Source of the DNA: Trueperaceae bacterium
Lineage (GTDB): Bacteria; Deinococcota; Deinococci; Deinococcales; Trueperaceae
NCBI GenBank assembly: GCA_965213925.1
Contig: OZ243927.1
Span: 2,880,001 to 2,944,000 of the forward strand
DNA length: 64,000 nucleotides
Direction: 5' to 3'
The position numbers and the translations under genes are program-made. A model generated the notes under the pieces. The model was not told where the DNA came from, ran no database searches, and was given only the letters and a program-made list of their open reading frames with translations. Positions 31,361-40,186 of this stretch are shown here, one piece after another. The stretch's first letter is position 1; the number at the start of each line of letters is the position of its first letter.

Positions 31361-32014
31361 GTGCAACATGCCTACGGTCTGGACATCCCGCAAACCCTCG
31401 AAGAGACGCTCTCCCCACAACGCACCGCCCTTATCGTTTACGATATGCAACGAGGTATCTTGCAGCAGCTCCCACACGGCGCTGAGGTCCTTGAAAAGGT
31501 ACGTCAAGTGCTAGACGCCGCCCGCGCATCCTCCATGCGCGTCTTTTTTATGCGGCACCTGTCGCTGCCTAAAGAAGCCACCGGCGTGTTCGGGCTCCAC
31601 ATGGCGATGCGCTGGCAGCGCGTTACCAAGGTCGAGGACGTGCAGCCTTGGTTTCTGCGCGACTCACCGGGGTTCCCTATCACACCTGAACTCGAGCCCC
31701 GCGCCAGCGAAGTTATCTTCGATAAGATCACCATGTCAGCCTTTGAGGGGACACCTCTTAACATCGCTCTGCGCGACTGCGACATCAACAGCTTCGTCAT
31801 CGTTGGTGTGGCGACAGAAATAGGCATCGACCCAACCGTGCGGCACGGCGCGGACCTGGGCTTTTTACCTGTCATCGTGCGCGACGCTTGTGGCGCGGGG
31901 CACCACGAGGCGGGCGAGCGCGCCTTGGAAAGTCTCGCCTTCGCGGGGGACGCGATCTTCACGGATACCCTTACCATAACCGACCTACTCGCCAAGTACC
32001 GAACCGCGTCTTGA
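31361..32014 (+). CDS. Isochorismatase-family hydrolase
   Basis: TALIVYDMQ, DKITMSAF, GVATEIG. Confidence 0.88.
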   Translation: MQHAYGLDIPQTLEETLSPQRTALIVYDMQRGILQQLPHGAEVLEKVRQVLDAARASSMRVFFMRHLSLPKEATGVFGLHMAMRWQRVTKVEDVQPWFLRDSPGFPITPELEPRASEVIFDKITMSAFEGTPLNIALRDCDINSFVIVGVATEIGIDPTVRHGADLGFLPVIVRDACGAGHHEAGERALESLAFAGDAIFTDTLTITDLLAKYRTAS

Positions 32015-32197
32015 ACTTCTTCTGAAGTGAGGCACCTGCTGCAATAGACGCGCGCGTCAGCCACACGGCAAAGCCTCCATCAGCAACGGTTCAAAGTTAG
32101 GCGAGGAAGACCGACAGGCTGAGCACCTTGCACGGCGGCAACAGAAGTGCACCCCGGTTGTAAGAACGCTGTGACACCCATTGAGATAAGCTTTTAG

Positions 32198-33355
32198 ATG
32201 ATGAAGACGTCTCGCGACAAGGTCACTAGGCTGCCTGAGGAGGCGCAGATACGCCGCCGCTTCTACCTGATCGCAATGGCGCTAGGGCTCGCTTCAGCCG
32301 CTCTCCCAACGTTGTTGGGCGACTTCGCCTGGTTCGGCAGTCCTTACGAGACGCTGGTGCCGCTGACGCTCGGCGCGACTGCCTTCCTCGCGCTCCTGCT
32401 GTGGATACGCCCCGGCAGCCTGCAGGCAGTTGAGGTGGGCGTGTTCGGCGTGATAGTCACTTACAACCTGAGCGTGCTCGCGCTGGTCTTTTACCTTCAC
32501 CCTAACCCTTACGCTGAGGAATACATCTACGCCTATAAGATGTTCTCCCCGCTGCTGTACATGTGGGCGTTTTTGACCTTCGGACGGCGTGATGGGCTCT
32601 TAGCCTCGCTCCTCTTCGTGATGAGCGCTTTTCTGCTCGCCGCCCCCTACCTGCTCCGGCTGGTCCCTACCCAGGTCGATCACGAGGGCGTCATCTTCTT
32701 CTTTCTCGTCACGTCCGCTGTCAGTAGCGTCTATACCGCCATGCTCTACGCCCTCGCCTACTTTTTGGAGGCGAGCAACCAAGCGCACGCCCGCGCCGAG
32801 GTGCTCGCCGAGCTCGCCTACACGGACCCACTCACCGGGCTGCCCAACCGCCTATGCTTCGACGCGCACCTGGTCCAGGCGGTCGACGCCGCCCGCACCG
32901 GGAGCAGCTTCGCCCTGGCGTTCATCGACCTCGACGACTTCAAGAGAGTGAATGACACGCTCGGTCATCAGGCGGGTGACGTGCTCCTCAAAGCGGTAGC
33001 GGCGCGCCTGCAGGAACCGCTGCGCACCTCGGACCTGCTCGCGCGCGTGAGCGGGGACGAGTTCGCGCTAATTCTGCCAGGTGTCGAGACGGCTGCAGAG
33101 GTCAAGCGTGTGGCTGCCAAGCTGCTCGGCGCGCTCGAGACGCCGTTCGACCTAGGAGAAGCCTGCCATCAAGCGAGTATCAGCATCGGCTTCGCGCTCT
33201 GTACGCAGCAAGCTGCCACCCCTGAAACGTTGCTCGTCCAGGCGGATCAGGCGATGTACGCCGTCAAGCGGCGGGGCAAGGGCGGCTTCCACTTGGGCAG
33301 CCTTAGAGAAGAGACGACGGTAACAGCGGTGTACCTTGACACACCACCTGCCTAG
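32198..33355 (+). CDS. Membrane-bound diguanylate cyclase
   Basis: TM N-terminus; TDPLTGLPNR, DLDDFKRVND, SGDEF. Confidence 0.9.
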   Translation: MMKTSRDKVTRLPEEAQIRRRFYLIAMALGLASAALPTLLGDFAWFGSPYETLVPLTLGATAFLALLLWIRPGSLQAVEVGVFGVIVTYNLSVLALVFYLHPNPYAEEYIYAYKMFSPLLYMWAFLTFGRRDGLLASLLFVMSAFLLAAPYLLRLVPTQVDHEGVIFFFLVTSAVSSVYTAMLYALAYFLEASNQAHARAEVLAELAYTDPLTGLPNRLCFDAHLVQAVDAARTGSSFALAFIDLDDFKRVNDTLGHQAGDVLLKAVAARLQEPLRTSDLLARVSGDEFALILPGVETAAEVKRVAAKLLGALETPFDLGEACHQASISIGFALCTQQAATPETLLVQADQAMYAVKRRGKGGFHLGSLREETTVTAVYLDTPPA

Positions 33356-33694
33356 CGCGGCAGGTGGTATGAGCTGCTACGGGCATGATGCTGTCTATTC
33401 CTGAGGGGTGAGCACTTCTGTAGGAGTTGCGCGCGTTCGCTGCACAAACCTGTCTTGCCGCAACATGGAGCGTCAGGTCACCTATCTAGCTCAGGCGCAG
33501 TGGGCCCGACAGGTAACGCGACCGACACGTCGCCAGCCCTGGAGCGCCCGAGAATTGGCTTGCGAGTTGATATCTCGCGTACGGATAACGGTCGAGCTAA
33601 GCCGCAACGGGCTTAGAGCACAACCTTCGTACGCAGCAACGTAGCCACCATCTACTTGGAGTTGGTAAGGGATGAACGGACAGAAAAGTTCAAC

Positions 33695-34150
33695 TTACGC
33701 CGCTAACCTTTCCAAGCTCTGGGTTCCGAAATCGTTAGGACACTGATAGCCGAGACTGCTGTGCAGTCGCCAACTGTTGTAGTACATGTTGATAAATTCG
33801 CTTACGGCTGATCGAACCTTTTCTCTCGTCTCGAAATTGATCTGATAGACGAGTTCTTTAAGGTGGCGAAGAAGCTCTCGGTCCAGTCGAGCTGGTGGCT
33901 TTAGCTTCCGCAGGAACGAACGGTGTAAGCGTTGTCCAGGCACGCGCCGGTGCCAGTAAAACTGGGGCGCATCCCCTGAGCGGCTAGCTCGCGCCCATAG
34001 GCGTAGGAGGTGTACTGGCTACCCTTATCGCTGTGATGAATAAGACCCTTTTGGCAGTAACGCTGTTTCGTCGCCATGCGCAGCGCCTGAACGACGAGGT
34101 CGGTCTTCATGTTGTCCGCCACTGCGCAGCCGACGACCCGCTTGGAGAGA
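33695..34150 (-). mobile_element. IS3-family transposase C-terminal remnant
   Basis: IHHSDKGSQYTS, CLDNA..ESFFATLK, YNSWRLHSSLGY; interrupted by a 42-bp insertion. Confidence 0.85.
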
Positions 34151-34199
34151 AGTCTTTAACAGCTAGCGGGAGCGGTCCACGCGACGCGTAAGCCTTGCG

Positions 34200-34390
34200 A
34201 ATGCGTAGGGGTCTCGTTTCGCATTCTCAGCAAGAGGAGAAGGCAGATGCAGAGATTCTTTCACTTCGCTGGCGCTACGTTCAGAATGACAACAGCGGCG
34301 GCATGTCACCCTGAGCCTTTAGGCGTGAGGGTCTCGTCTTGCACTCTCGGCTAGTCAAGCACGGAATGACGAGATTCTTTCACTTCACTC
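34200..34390. repeat. Two tandem copies of a ~100-bp palindromic REP/MITE-like element
   Basis: GGGTCTCG...GAGATTCTTTCACTTC... units; homologous to an inverted copy at 46478-46581. Confidence 0.7.
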
Positions 34391-34595
34391 ATTGCTCATT
34401 CCTCATTGCTCATTGCTTTTTTTGCGAACTTCCTTACACCTCGTTTTACATGTGAAATTTGCAAGTTCTTTGTAAGCGTTCAGCGGCTAAACTCTTTTTT
34501 AGCAAGGGAGTAACACTCCCGCGCTACGAACTCTCACCGGAACAGCCGCTTTCATTCATATTCTTTATCGGATGTTCCCAGAAAAGGAGCGCACC

Positions 34596-34967
34596 ATGCG
34601 CAACAACAAGAACAAAGGCTTCACCCTCATCGAACTCCTCATCGTCATCGCCATCATCGGCATCTTAGCAGCGGTTCTCATCCCGAACTTGCTCTCGGCT
34701 CGCAGCCGCGCATACGACACGACTGCTCAGACTTGTGCTAAAGGTCTTGCAACGGCGGCTGAAATCTTTCAGATTGACAACAATACCTATGTTGGTTTTA
34801 CTGATACTTACGCGAAGGCGAACGGTGCCAACGCATGTAACGACGCTAACATTACTGTTGCTGTCGGTACACCCACCGTTGGCAATTACAGCATGACCTC
34901 TACACACGCCAACGGTAGCAAAACCTTTACAGTTACGCCTAGCGGTATCACTTCTGCTGCTAAGTAA
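34596..34967 (+). CDS. Type IV pilin (major pilin-like)
   Basis: Class III signal KG|FTLIELLIVIAIIGILAAVLIPNL, Cys pair, AAGGAG RBS. Confidence 0.93.
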   Translation: MRNNKNKGFTLIELLIVIAIIGILAAVLIPNLLSARSRAYDTTAQTCAKGLATAAEIFQIDNNTYVGFTDTYAKANGANACNDANITVAVGTPTVGNYSMTSTHANGSKTFTVTPSGITSAAK

Positions 34968-34985
34968 GCAGGCAAGATAATGCCC

Positions 34986-35022
34986 AAGAGAGCTGAAGCT
35001 AACTTCAGCTCTCTTTCATTTA
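34986..35022 (+). terminator. Intrinsic terminator between the two pilin genes
   Basis: AAGAGAGCTGAAG-ctaa-CTTCAGCTCTCTT followed by a T-rich tail. Confidence 0.7.
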
Positions 35023-35072
35023 TTCCTATTCCGAATGTCATGAAATGATTGAGAGAAAGGAGGGGGAAAAAG

Positions 35073-35453
35073 ATGCTTGAAAAGCGTACAGAAGGCTTCA
35101 CACTTATCGAGTTGCTTATAGTTATTGCAATTATCGGTATTCTTGCTGCCGTGATGATTCCTAATCTTTTAGCCGCTAGACAGAAAGCTGATGAAAGCGT
35201 CATTCAAGGTTATATACGTTTTGTCGTTTTAGGCGTAGAATCTAAGCGGGATTACGCAAGTTCAACGCTTCCCGACGCCTCTTTGTCTTGTATGCAATTA
35301 GCAGGAAAAGACCCCGAACCTGGTAGCGTTAAGCGTTGTAAGTACGAACCTAATGCGGCAGCCGAAACTTACACCATCACGGCTGAAAGTCCTTCGGGGA
35401 AAGTTTTTCAGTATCAGAGCGATGGCGATATTGTTTCAGTCGCAAGCTACTAA
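35073..35453 (+). CDS. Second type IV pilin
   Basis: EG|FTLIELLIVIAIIGILAAVMIPNL, Cys pair; more AT-rich codons than pilin 1. Confidence 0.92.
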   Translation: MLEKRTEGFTLIELLIVIAIIGILAAVMIPNLLAARQKADESVIQGYIRFVVLGVESKRDYASSTLPDASLSCMQLAGKDPEPGSVKRCKYEPNAAAETYTITAESPSGKVFQYQSDGDIVSVASY

Positions 35454-35538
35454 GTACATCATCACCCTGTCTTCATCCAGGCGGCTTCTTTAGCCGTCTT
35501 TTTCCTTTGCCCCACTTCACGTGCTGTATCATAGAACC

Positions 35539-35742
35539 ATGAGCATCTCTAAGCAAATGATAGAACCTGAATATATCGTTGATCATGAAGGGCGTAAGAC
35601 AAAAGTTGTCTTGCCGATTGAGGCGTATGAAGAACTGTTAGAAGACCTTCACGACTTAGCTGTCGCTTTTGAGAGGCGTGATGAACCTCTTCTTGCTTGG
35701 GAAGATGTGAGGCGTGACTTAGAGGAAGATGGCGCGTTATAA
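35539..35742 (+). CDS. Type II antitoxin (RelB/Phd-like)
   Basis: Small acidic protein, VVLPIEAYEELLEDL, overlaps the RelE start; leaderless TATCAT-6nt-ATG. Confidence 0.8.
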   Translation: MSISKQMIEPEYIVDHEGRKTKVVLPIEAYEELLEDLHDLAVAFERRDEPLLAWEDVRRDLEEDGAL

Positions 35743-35995
35743 GCTGCTTGCTCGTTCGTCCTTTCGGAAAGACCTCAAAAGGTTATCCAAAGACGTTGCC
35801 GAGCGGGTGTCGGCTAAAGTTGAGAGTCTAGCCGACGACCCTTTCCCAGCGGATAGCAAAAAGTTGCAGGGTCATAGAGGGCTTTACCGTGTGCGAGTGG
35901 GCGCGTATCGGGTTGTATATGAGGTAGATCAAGAGGTCAAAATTATCGCCCTAACGTATGCGCGTCACCGGAAAGATGTCTACCGAAACCTCTAA
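35729..35995 (+). CDS. RelE/ParE-family toxin
   Basis: Basic 88 aa, KKLQG..LYRVRVGAYRVVY..HRKDVY. Confidence 0.92.
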   Translation: MARYKLLARSSFRKDLKRLSKDVAERVSAKVESLADDPFPADSKKLQGHRGLYRVRVGAYRVVYEVDQEVKIIALTYARHRKDVYRNL

Positions 35996-36117
35996 ACTTA
36001 GCCTGTGAATCCAGGCGGCTTCTTTAGCCGTCTTTTTCTTTGGCTTTTAGCCGCTACGGGACACACTACCTTGAGCGTATGAGCACCTGTTTGACTTTGT
36101 AGGTGTATCATTGAACC

Positions 36118-36339
36118 ATGAACCTTCATGACGTTGAAAGCGTCGCTCTACGGCTAAACCCCGAAGACCGCGCCGCGCTCGCGCACCGTTTGCTCGTCAG
36201 CTTGGACGACTTGAGCCCGGAAGAGCATGAGCGGGTATGGCTGGAAGCGGCAGAGGAGCGTGTGCGGGAGCTTAGGGAGGGCACAGTACAAGGTGTCCCT
36301 ACAAGTGACGTTCTGAGCGATGTCCGAAGAAAACTTTAG
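36118..36339 (+). CDS. Putative addiction-module antitoxin
   Basis: LNPEDRAALAHRLLVSL...WLEAAEERV pattern, upstream of a ParE-like gene. Confidence 0.85.
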   Translation: MNLHDVESVALRLNPEDRAALAHRLLVSLDDLSPEEHERVWLEAAEERVRELREGTVQGVPTSDVLSDVRRKL

Positions 36340-36655
36340 TGCTTTTGGCAGCCTTTTTCACCCTGCGGCAAGGCCCTGACTACTTGACGCCATAGAGTAC
36401 TACCGGAACAGGTCGCCCCATTTGGCTTCGACATTTTACGAAGATATTGAGCGCTGTCTTGAAGAGCTACTTGAGTTTCCAGAACTGGCTCCCGTTAAGC
36501 ACCCCGCCGGGGTTCGGAGTCAGCCGTTACGCCGTTTTCCGTACAGTGTGCTTTATACGGTAGACCCCGATGTTTTATATATCGTGGCTGTTGCTCATCA
36601 GAAACGCCGCCCCAACTACTGGTTACGCCGCTTAGGGCTCGAGGCGGACTCGTAG
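36320..36655 (+). pseudogene. ParE/RelE-family toxin with an in-frame TGA at 36377-36379
   Basis: FHPAARP*LLDAIEYY...RRFPYSVLY...AVAHQKRRPNYW in one frame. Confidence 0.75.
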
Positions 36656-36795
36656 CATTGACATCCATCATCCTATTTTCATCCAGGCGGCTTCTTTAGC
36701 CGTTCTTTTTCTTTAGCCTTCAGCCGCCACGAGGCGTGCTATCCTAAGCGTATGAGCGCGTTTAAGCGAGCGGTAGAGCCTGAAATACGCTTGTT

Positions 36796-37179
36796 TCAGT
36801 CCAACGATAACTTTTTCCTTGCAAATGCTCTTAGTTTGGTAGCCTCGTTTTGAGCGCGTCTTGCGTCTTGTACGCTCACTTCGGGTAAATCGCCTGGATA
36901 GCGGCGAACGACGCCGAAAAGGGCGAGGAAACTAGCGGCTGTTACGGGGTCGCTGTCTGCTCGTAGCTCTGGTTCTAGTAGACTTAGTAGTCGCAACAGG
37001 TCGTGGGTACGGGGCGGCTCGATACTTTGTTCTAGTAGCGCCGCTTTGAGGTACTTTTCGGCGGCCTGGTGAAAGTCCCAAGTAGCGTTTCGGGGGTAGC
37101 GCGTAAGACCTAACTGGGCGTATTCATAATCTTCTTCAGCGTAGGCGGCCCAGCGTAGCGCCTCGCGCTTAGGCGGCAT
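36796..37179 (-). CDS. HEPN domain protein
   Basis: HQAAEKYLKA, PRTHDL, RYP motifs. Confidence 0.9.
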   Translation of the reverse strand: MPPKREALRWAAYAEEDYEYAQLGLTRYPRNATWDFHQAAEKYLKAALLEQSIEPPRTHDLLRLLSLLEPELRADSDPVTAASFLALFGVVRRYPGDLPEVSVQDARRAQNEATKLRAFARKKLSLD

Positions 37180-37486
37180 AGAGCAAAATACCCTCTTGCG
37201 CTGCGCGTCTTGCTAGCGGTGAGCTTCTTTGGAGCCAGTGGCTTTGGCGCATCGGAACGAGGTCTATAGCGCTTTGCCTAGGCCATAGCGAGCGCTCTGC
37301 ACAGGCAGCTAGAGAGGAGAGGTCGGCGTCGTCGGGAACGATGTACAGCAAATCTACATCGCTACTCTCGTTAGCTTCACCTCGAGCCAGAGAACCGAAC
37401 AGGATAACGGCGTATGCGCCCGTTGCCTGTCCTAAACGTTCGGCAGCGCGGCTAAGCTCTGCGGGAAGGCTCTCTTTAGCTAGCAT
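37169..37486 (-). CDS. Minimal nucleotidyltransferase (MNT) paired with HEPN
   Basis: LFGSLARG...SDVDL. Confidence 0.9.
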   Translation of the reverse strand: MLAKESLPAELSRAAERLGQATGAYAVILFGSLARGEANESSDVDLLYIVPDDADLSSLAACAERSLWPRQSAIDLVPMRQSHWLQRSSPLARRAAQEGILLYAA

Positions 37487-37723
37487 CTAAGTCCATATCT
37501 CCTGCAAATCGTCTTCGCTGTAGAGGGCGTCTTCATCTTCCATATCTCTCATGGCATTGGACAGCGAAAAAGAGGTCCAGTCTGGTCCATCTAGTTTACC
37601 TTCTGCTTTTGGTACGGTCTTTTGAAGTAAGAACTCCGCAAAGTGCTGCTCTTCGCGCTGCTGCTGTGCGTCTAGCTGGGGCAGTAGCTCAACTACGGCT
37701 TCGATGCTCGTTTTATCTTCCAT
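37487..37723 (-). CDS. DUF2281-like small acidic protein (orphan antitoxin-like)
   Basis: LPQL..QQREEQHFAEFLLQK pattern, acidic tail; leaderless TAAACT-6nt-ATG. Confidence 0.6.
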   Translation of the reverse strand: MEDKTSIEAVVELLPQLDAQQQREEQHFAEFLLQKTVPKAEGKLDGPDWTSFSLSNAMRDMEDEDALYSEDDLQEIWT

Positions 37724-37850
37724 AGTTACAGTTTACATCACCCTGTTACTCCAGGCGGCTTCTTTAGCCGCCTTTTTCTTTGGCTTTTAGCCGCTACTAG
37801 CCGTAACTGTTCTAAGCGTATGAGCACGTTTGAGTGAGTGGTAGACTCCT

Positions 37851-38192
37851 CTATTCCACCTCTTCAAGCATCGCCTCAACTTCGAGGCGCAACTCAGGAA
37901 GTTCTTTTTCCACTACGTCCCAGATAATCTCTAGGTCTAAACCGAAATACTGATGTGCAATGACGTTACGCAGCCCTACGATTTGACGCCAGGGAATTTC
38001 TGCGTGAGCGTCGCGGAGGTCTGTAGGGAGTTTCCCGGCAGCTTCACCGATGATGAGCAAATTAAAGGTTACAGCGTCGGCTCTTAGCGGGTCTGCGAGT
38101 AGCGTGTCGAGAGATTGATCTTTGGTGTAGGCTTCAATCTTGAGAATCGCGCCGAGAACATCGTCTAAGTAGAGCTTGACTTCACGCGACAC
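37851..38192 (-). CDS. HepT/DUF86 HEPN ribonuclease toxin
   Basis: IIGEA, IPWRQIVGLRNVIAHQYF (Rx4H); GTG start at 38192 (ORF open to 38204). Confidence 0.92.
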   Translation of the reverse strand: MSREVKLYLDDVLGAILKIEAYTKDQSLDTLLADPLRADAVTFNLLIIGEAAGKLPTDLRDAHAEIPWRQIVGLRNVIAHQYFGLDLEIIWDVVEKELPELRLEVEAMLEEVE

Positions 38193-38472
38193 GCCTTGCC
38201 TCACTGATTACCTTATCGCGTAGGAGCGGTTTTAGACCGTCTTTGGTGATGAGGTCAACGGGACGGCCGAAAAGGTCTTCTAAGAATAGCTTGAGCCCCA
38301 TGTAGTTGCGAAAGGTCTTAGGGTGCAGGTCAACGAGAAAGTCTAGGTCGCTCGTTTCTTCTGCTTCATTCCTAGCTGTTGAGCCAAAAACGGATAGCTG
38401 CACTACACCGAAGTCTTGTAAACGGGTCCGGTATTGCTCTAGTGTTGTGCTCACGCTCTGAAGTTGGTTCAT
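38182..38472 (-). CDS. MntA-like nucleotidyltransferase antitoxin
   Basis: VFGSTARNE...SDLDFLV, LEDLFGRPVDL. Confidence 0.92.
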   Translation of the reverse strand: MNQLQSVSTTLEQYRTRLQDFGVVQLSVFGSTARNEAEETSDLDFLVDLHPKTFRNYMGLKLFLEDLFGRPVDLITKDGLKPLLRDKVISEARRVA

Positions 38473-38571
38473 CCTGCTTCGCAGTGTACCTCATCCTGTT
38501 ACACCAGGCGGCTTCTTCAGCCGTCTTTTTCTTTGGCTTTCAGCCGCTACTAAGCGTGCTATCCTAAGCAT

Positions 38572-38787
38572 ATGAGCACGTTTGAGCGAATCACAGTAGA
38601 CCCTGAAGTGATGTTGGGTCAGGCTGTTATTAGAGGAACACGCTTGCCCGTCTATGTCATTGTTGAAGCTGTAGCTGAGGGAAATACCATTGATGAACTC
38701 GTGCAGGCCTATCCCTTTTTAGGCGCTGAAGATGTCAGGCAGGCGCTGCTATTTGCGGCGCATCTGAGCCACGGCAATATGGCGTGA
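38572..38787 (+). CDS. DUF433 antitoxin-like protein
   Basis: ITVDPEVMLGQAVIRGTR...YPFL..EDVRQAL; the ATG lies inside repeat copy 5. Confidence 0.9.
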   Translation: MSTFERITVDPEVMLGQAVIRGTRLPVYVIVEAVAEGNTIDELVQAYPFLGAEDVRQALLFAAHLSHGNMA

Positions 38788-39131
38788 CCTTTCTGGTTGA
38801 TGAGAATTTACCTTTTGAGTTAGTTCAACTAGCGCAAGGTAGAGGTTTAGACGCGCTTTGGGTTCGTAATGTCATGCCGGGTGCTAAAGACAGTCTCATT
38901 TTGAAGCGTTTGAGCGAACAGCAAGAGGTATTGGTAACGAGAGATATCGGCTTCGCGAATCTAGTCTTTGGGCAGATGGTCGTGGGCGTACCTTTAGTGG
39001 GCGCGGTACTTATTCGTGAGGAGAGGTTAGAGGTCATTCGTCAGGTTTGGCTAACCTTCTTGCTAAATATGCCTACTTTTCGGGGAATTGCGGTGCTTAC
39101 GGCTAAAGGAGTGCGCGTTCGTGAGCCATGA
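38784..39131 (+). CDS. DUF5615 PIN-like toxin
   Basis: FLVDENLP, GAKD, LVTRD motifs, coupled to DUF433. Confidence 0.88.
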   Translation: MTFLVDENLPFELVQLAQGRGLDALWVRNVMPGAKDSLILKRLSEQQEVLVTRDIGFANLVFGQMVVGVPLVGAVLIREERLEVIRQVWLTFLLNMPTFRGIAVLTAKGVRVREP

Positions 39132-39155
39132 TAATTCTATTGCTAAAAGGGGTCA

Positions 39156-39380
39156 ATGATGGCGTGTCCTGGAACGTGTGAACCCAAAATGATCCTCTTT
39201 CGCGGCAAGCAGAAGGGCGAAACGGTTATGATTGATGACGTGCCCGCTTTGGTTTGTCAGGTGTGCGGCGACATGGTTTTAGAACCTGATGTGGTGCGGC
39301 ACATCGAAGCACTGTTGCACTCTGAGGAAGAGCCAAGCAAGCAGTATCCTGTTTTTACGTTTGCGCAAAAAGCTGCTTAG
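39156..39380 (+). CDS. YgiT-type/MqsA-like zinc-finger protein (orphan)
   Basis: CPGTC...IDDVPALVCQVCG. Confidence 0.82.
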   Translation: MMACPGTCEPKMILFRGKQKGETVMIDDVPALVCQVCGDMVLEPDVVRHIEALLHSEEEPSKQYPVFTFAQKAA

Positions 39381-39469
39381 CGCCCCATCGTCCTGTGAAT
39401 TCCAGGCGGCTTCTTTAGCCGTCTTTTTCTTTGGCTTTTAGCCGCCACTAAGCGTGCTATCCTAAGCAC

Positions 39470-39703
39470 ATGAGCACGCCCAAGCGAATCGCGGTAGAGC
39501 CGGAATATATCACGGATCATGAGGGGCACAGAACGAAAGTCGTTTTGCCTATCGAAGCGTATGAAGCCTTGCTTAGAGCGGCGCAGCAGCCTAACAAAAC
39601 GCCGCAGAAGCGCACGTTCAGTTCGTTAGGCGCAGGCGAGGATGCCACTTTGCAGGGGGCGGAGACTCGAGACCTCATCGAGCGGGCTTGGCAGGAGCGT
39701 TGA
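39470..39703 (+). CDS. Antitoxin (VapB-like, chimeric N-terminus)
   Basis: Starts inside repeat copy 6; N-terminus shared with the 35539 antitoxin; C-terminus FSSLGAG; coupled to a PIN toxin. Confidence 0.8.
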   Translation: MSTPKRIAVEPEYITDHEGHRTKVVLPIEAYEALLRAAQQPNKTPQKRTFSSLGAGEDATLQGAETRDLIERAWQER

Positions 39704-40101
39704 GCCTGGTTTTAGATACGAGCGCTGTCCTCGCTTTCCTTAACCGTGCCGACGTAGACCATACACGTGTGCGAGAGGTACTTTTAGAGGAGCGCGAGTT
39801 GCTGGTTGTTCCTGTCGGCATTATGGCTGAGATTGGTTACTTGGTAGAGACGAGGCTGGGGCAGCGTGTTTTAAGCCTCTTTTTGCAAGATATTGCTGAA
39901 GGTCATTTCATGTTGGACTGTGGGCTCGAGGATATGTCGCGGGTACAAGCCCTCGTCGAGCGTTACGCGGACATGTCTTTAGGCTACGCCGACGCGGTTG
40001 TGATCGCTTGCACTGAACGCTCGGGGCTGAGAATTATCAGCTTAGATAGACGGCACCTTAATGTTGTCAACCGGGAGATTCAGTTCGAGCTATTGCCTTG
40101 A
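39700..40101 (+). CDS. VapC/PIN-domain toxin
   Basis: VLDTSA, AE, LGYADAVV, SLDRRH acidic PIN motifs. Confidence 0.9.
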   Translation: MSLVLDTSAVLAFLNRADVDHTRVREVLLEERELLVVPVGIMAEIGYLVETRLGQRVLSLFLQDIAEGHFMLDCGLEDMSRVQALVERYADMSLGYADAVVIACTERSGLRIISLDRRHLNVVNREIQFELLP

Positions 40102-40186
40102 GATTCGCTTATCTTCATCCGGGCGGCTTCTTTAGCCGCCTTTTTCCTCTGCTTTCAGCCGCTACCAGGCGTGCTATCCTAAGCGT

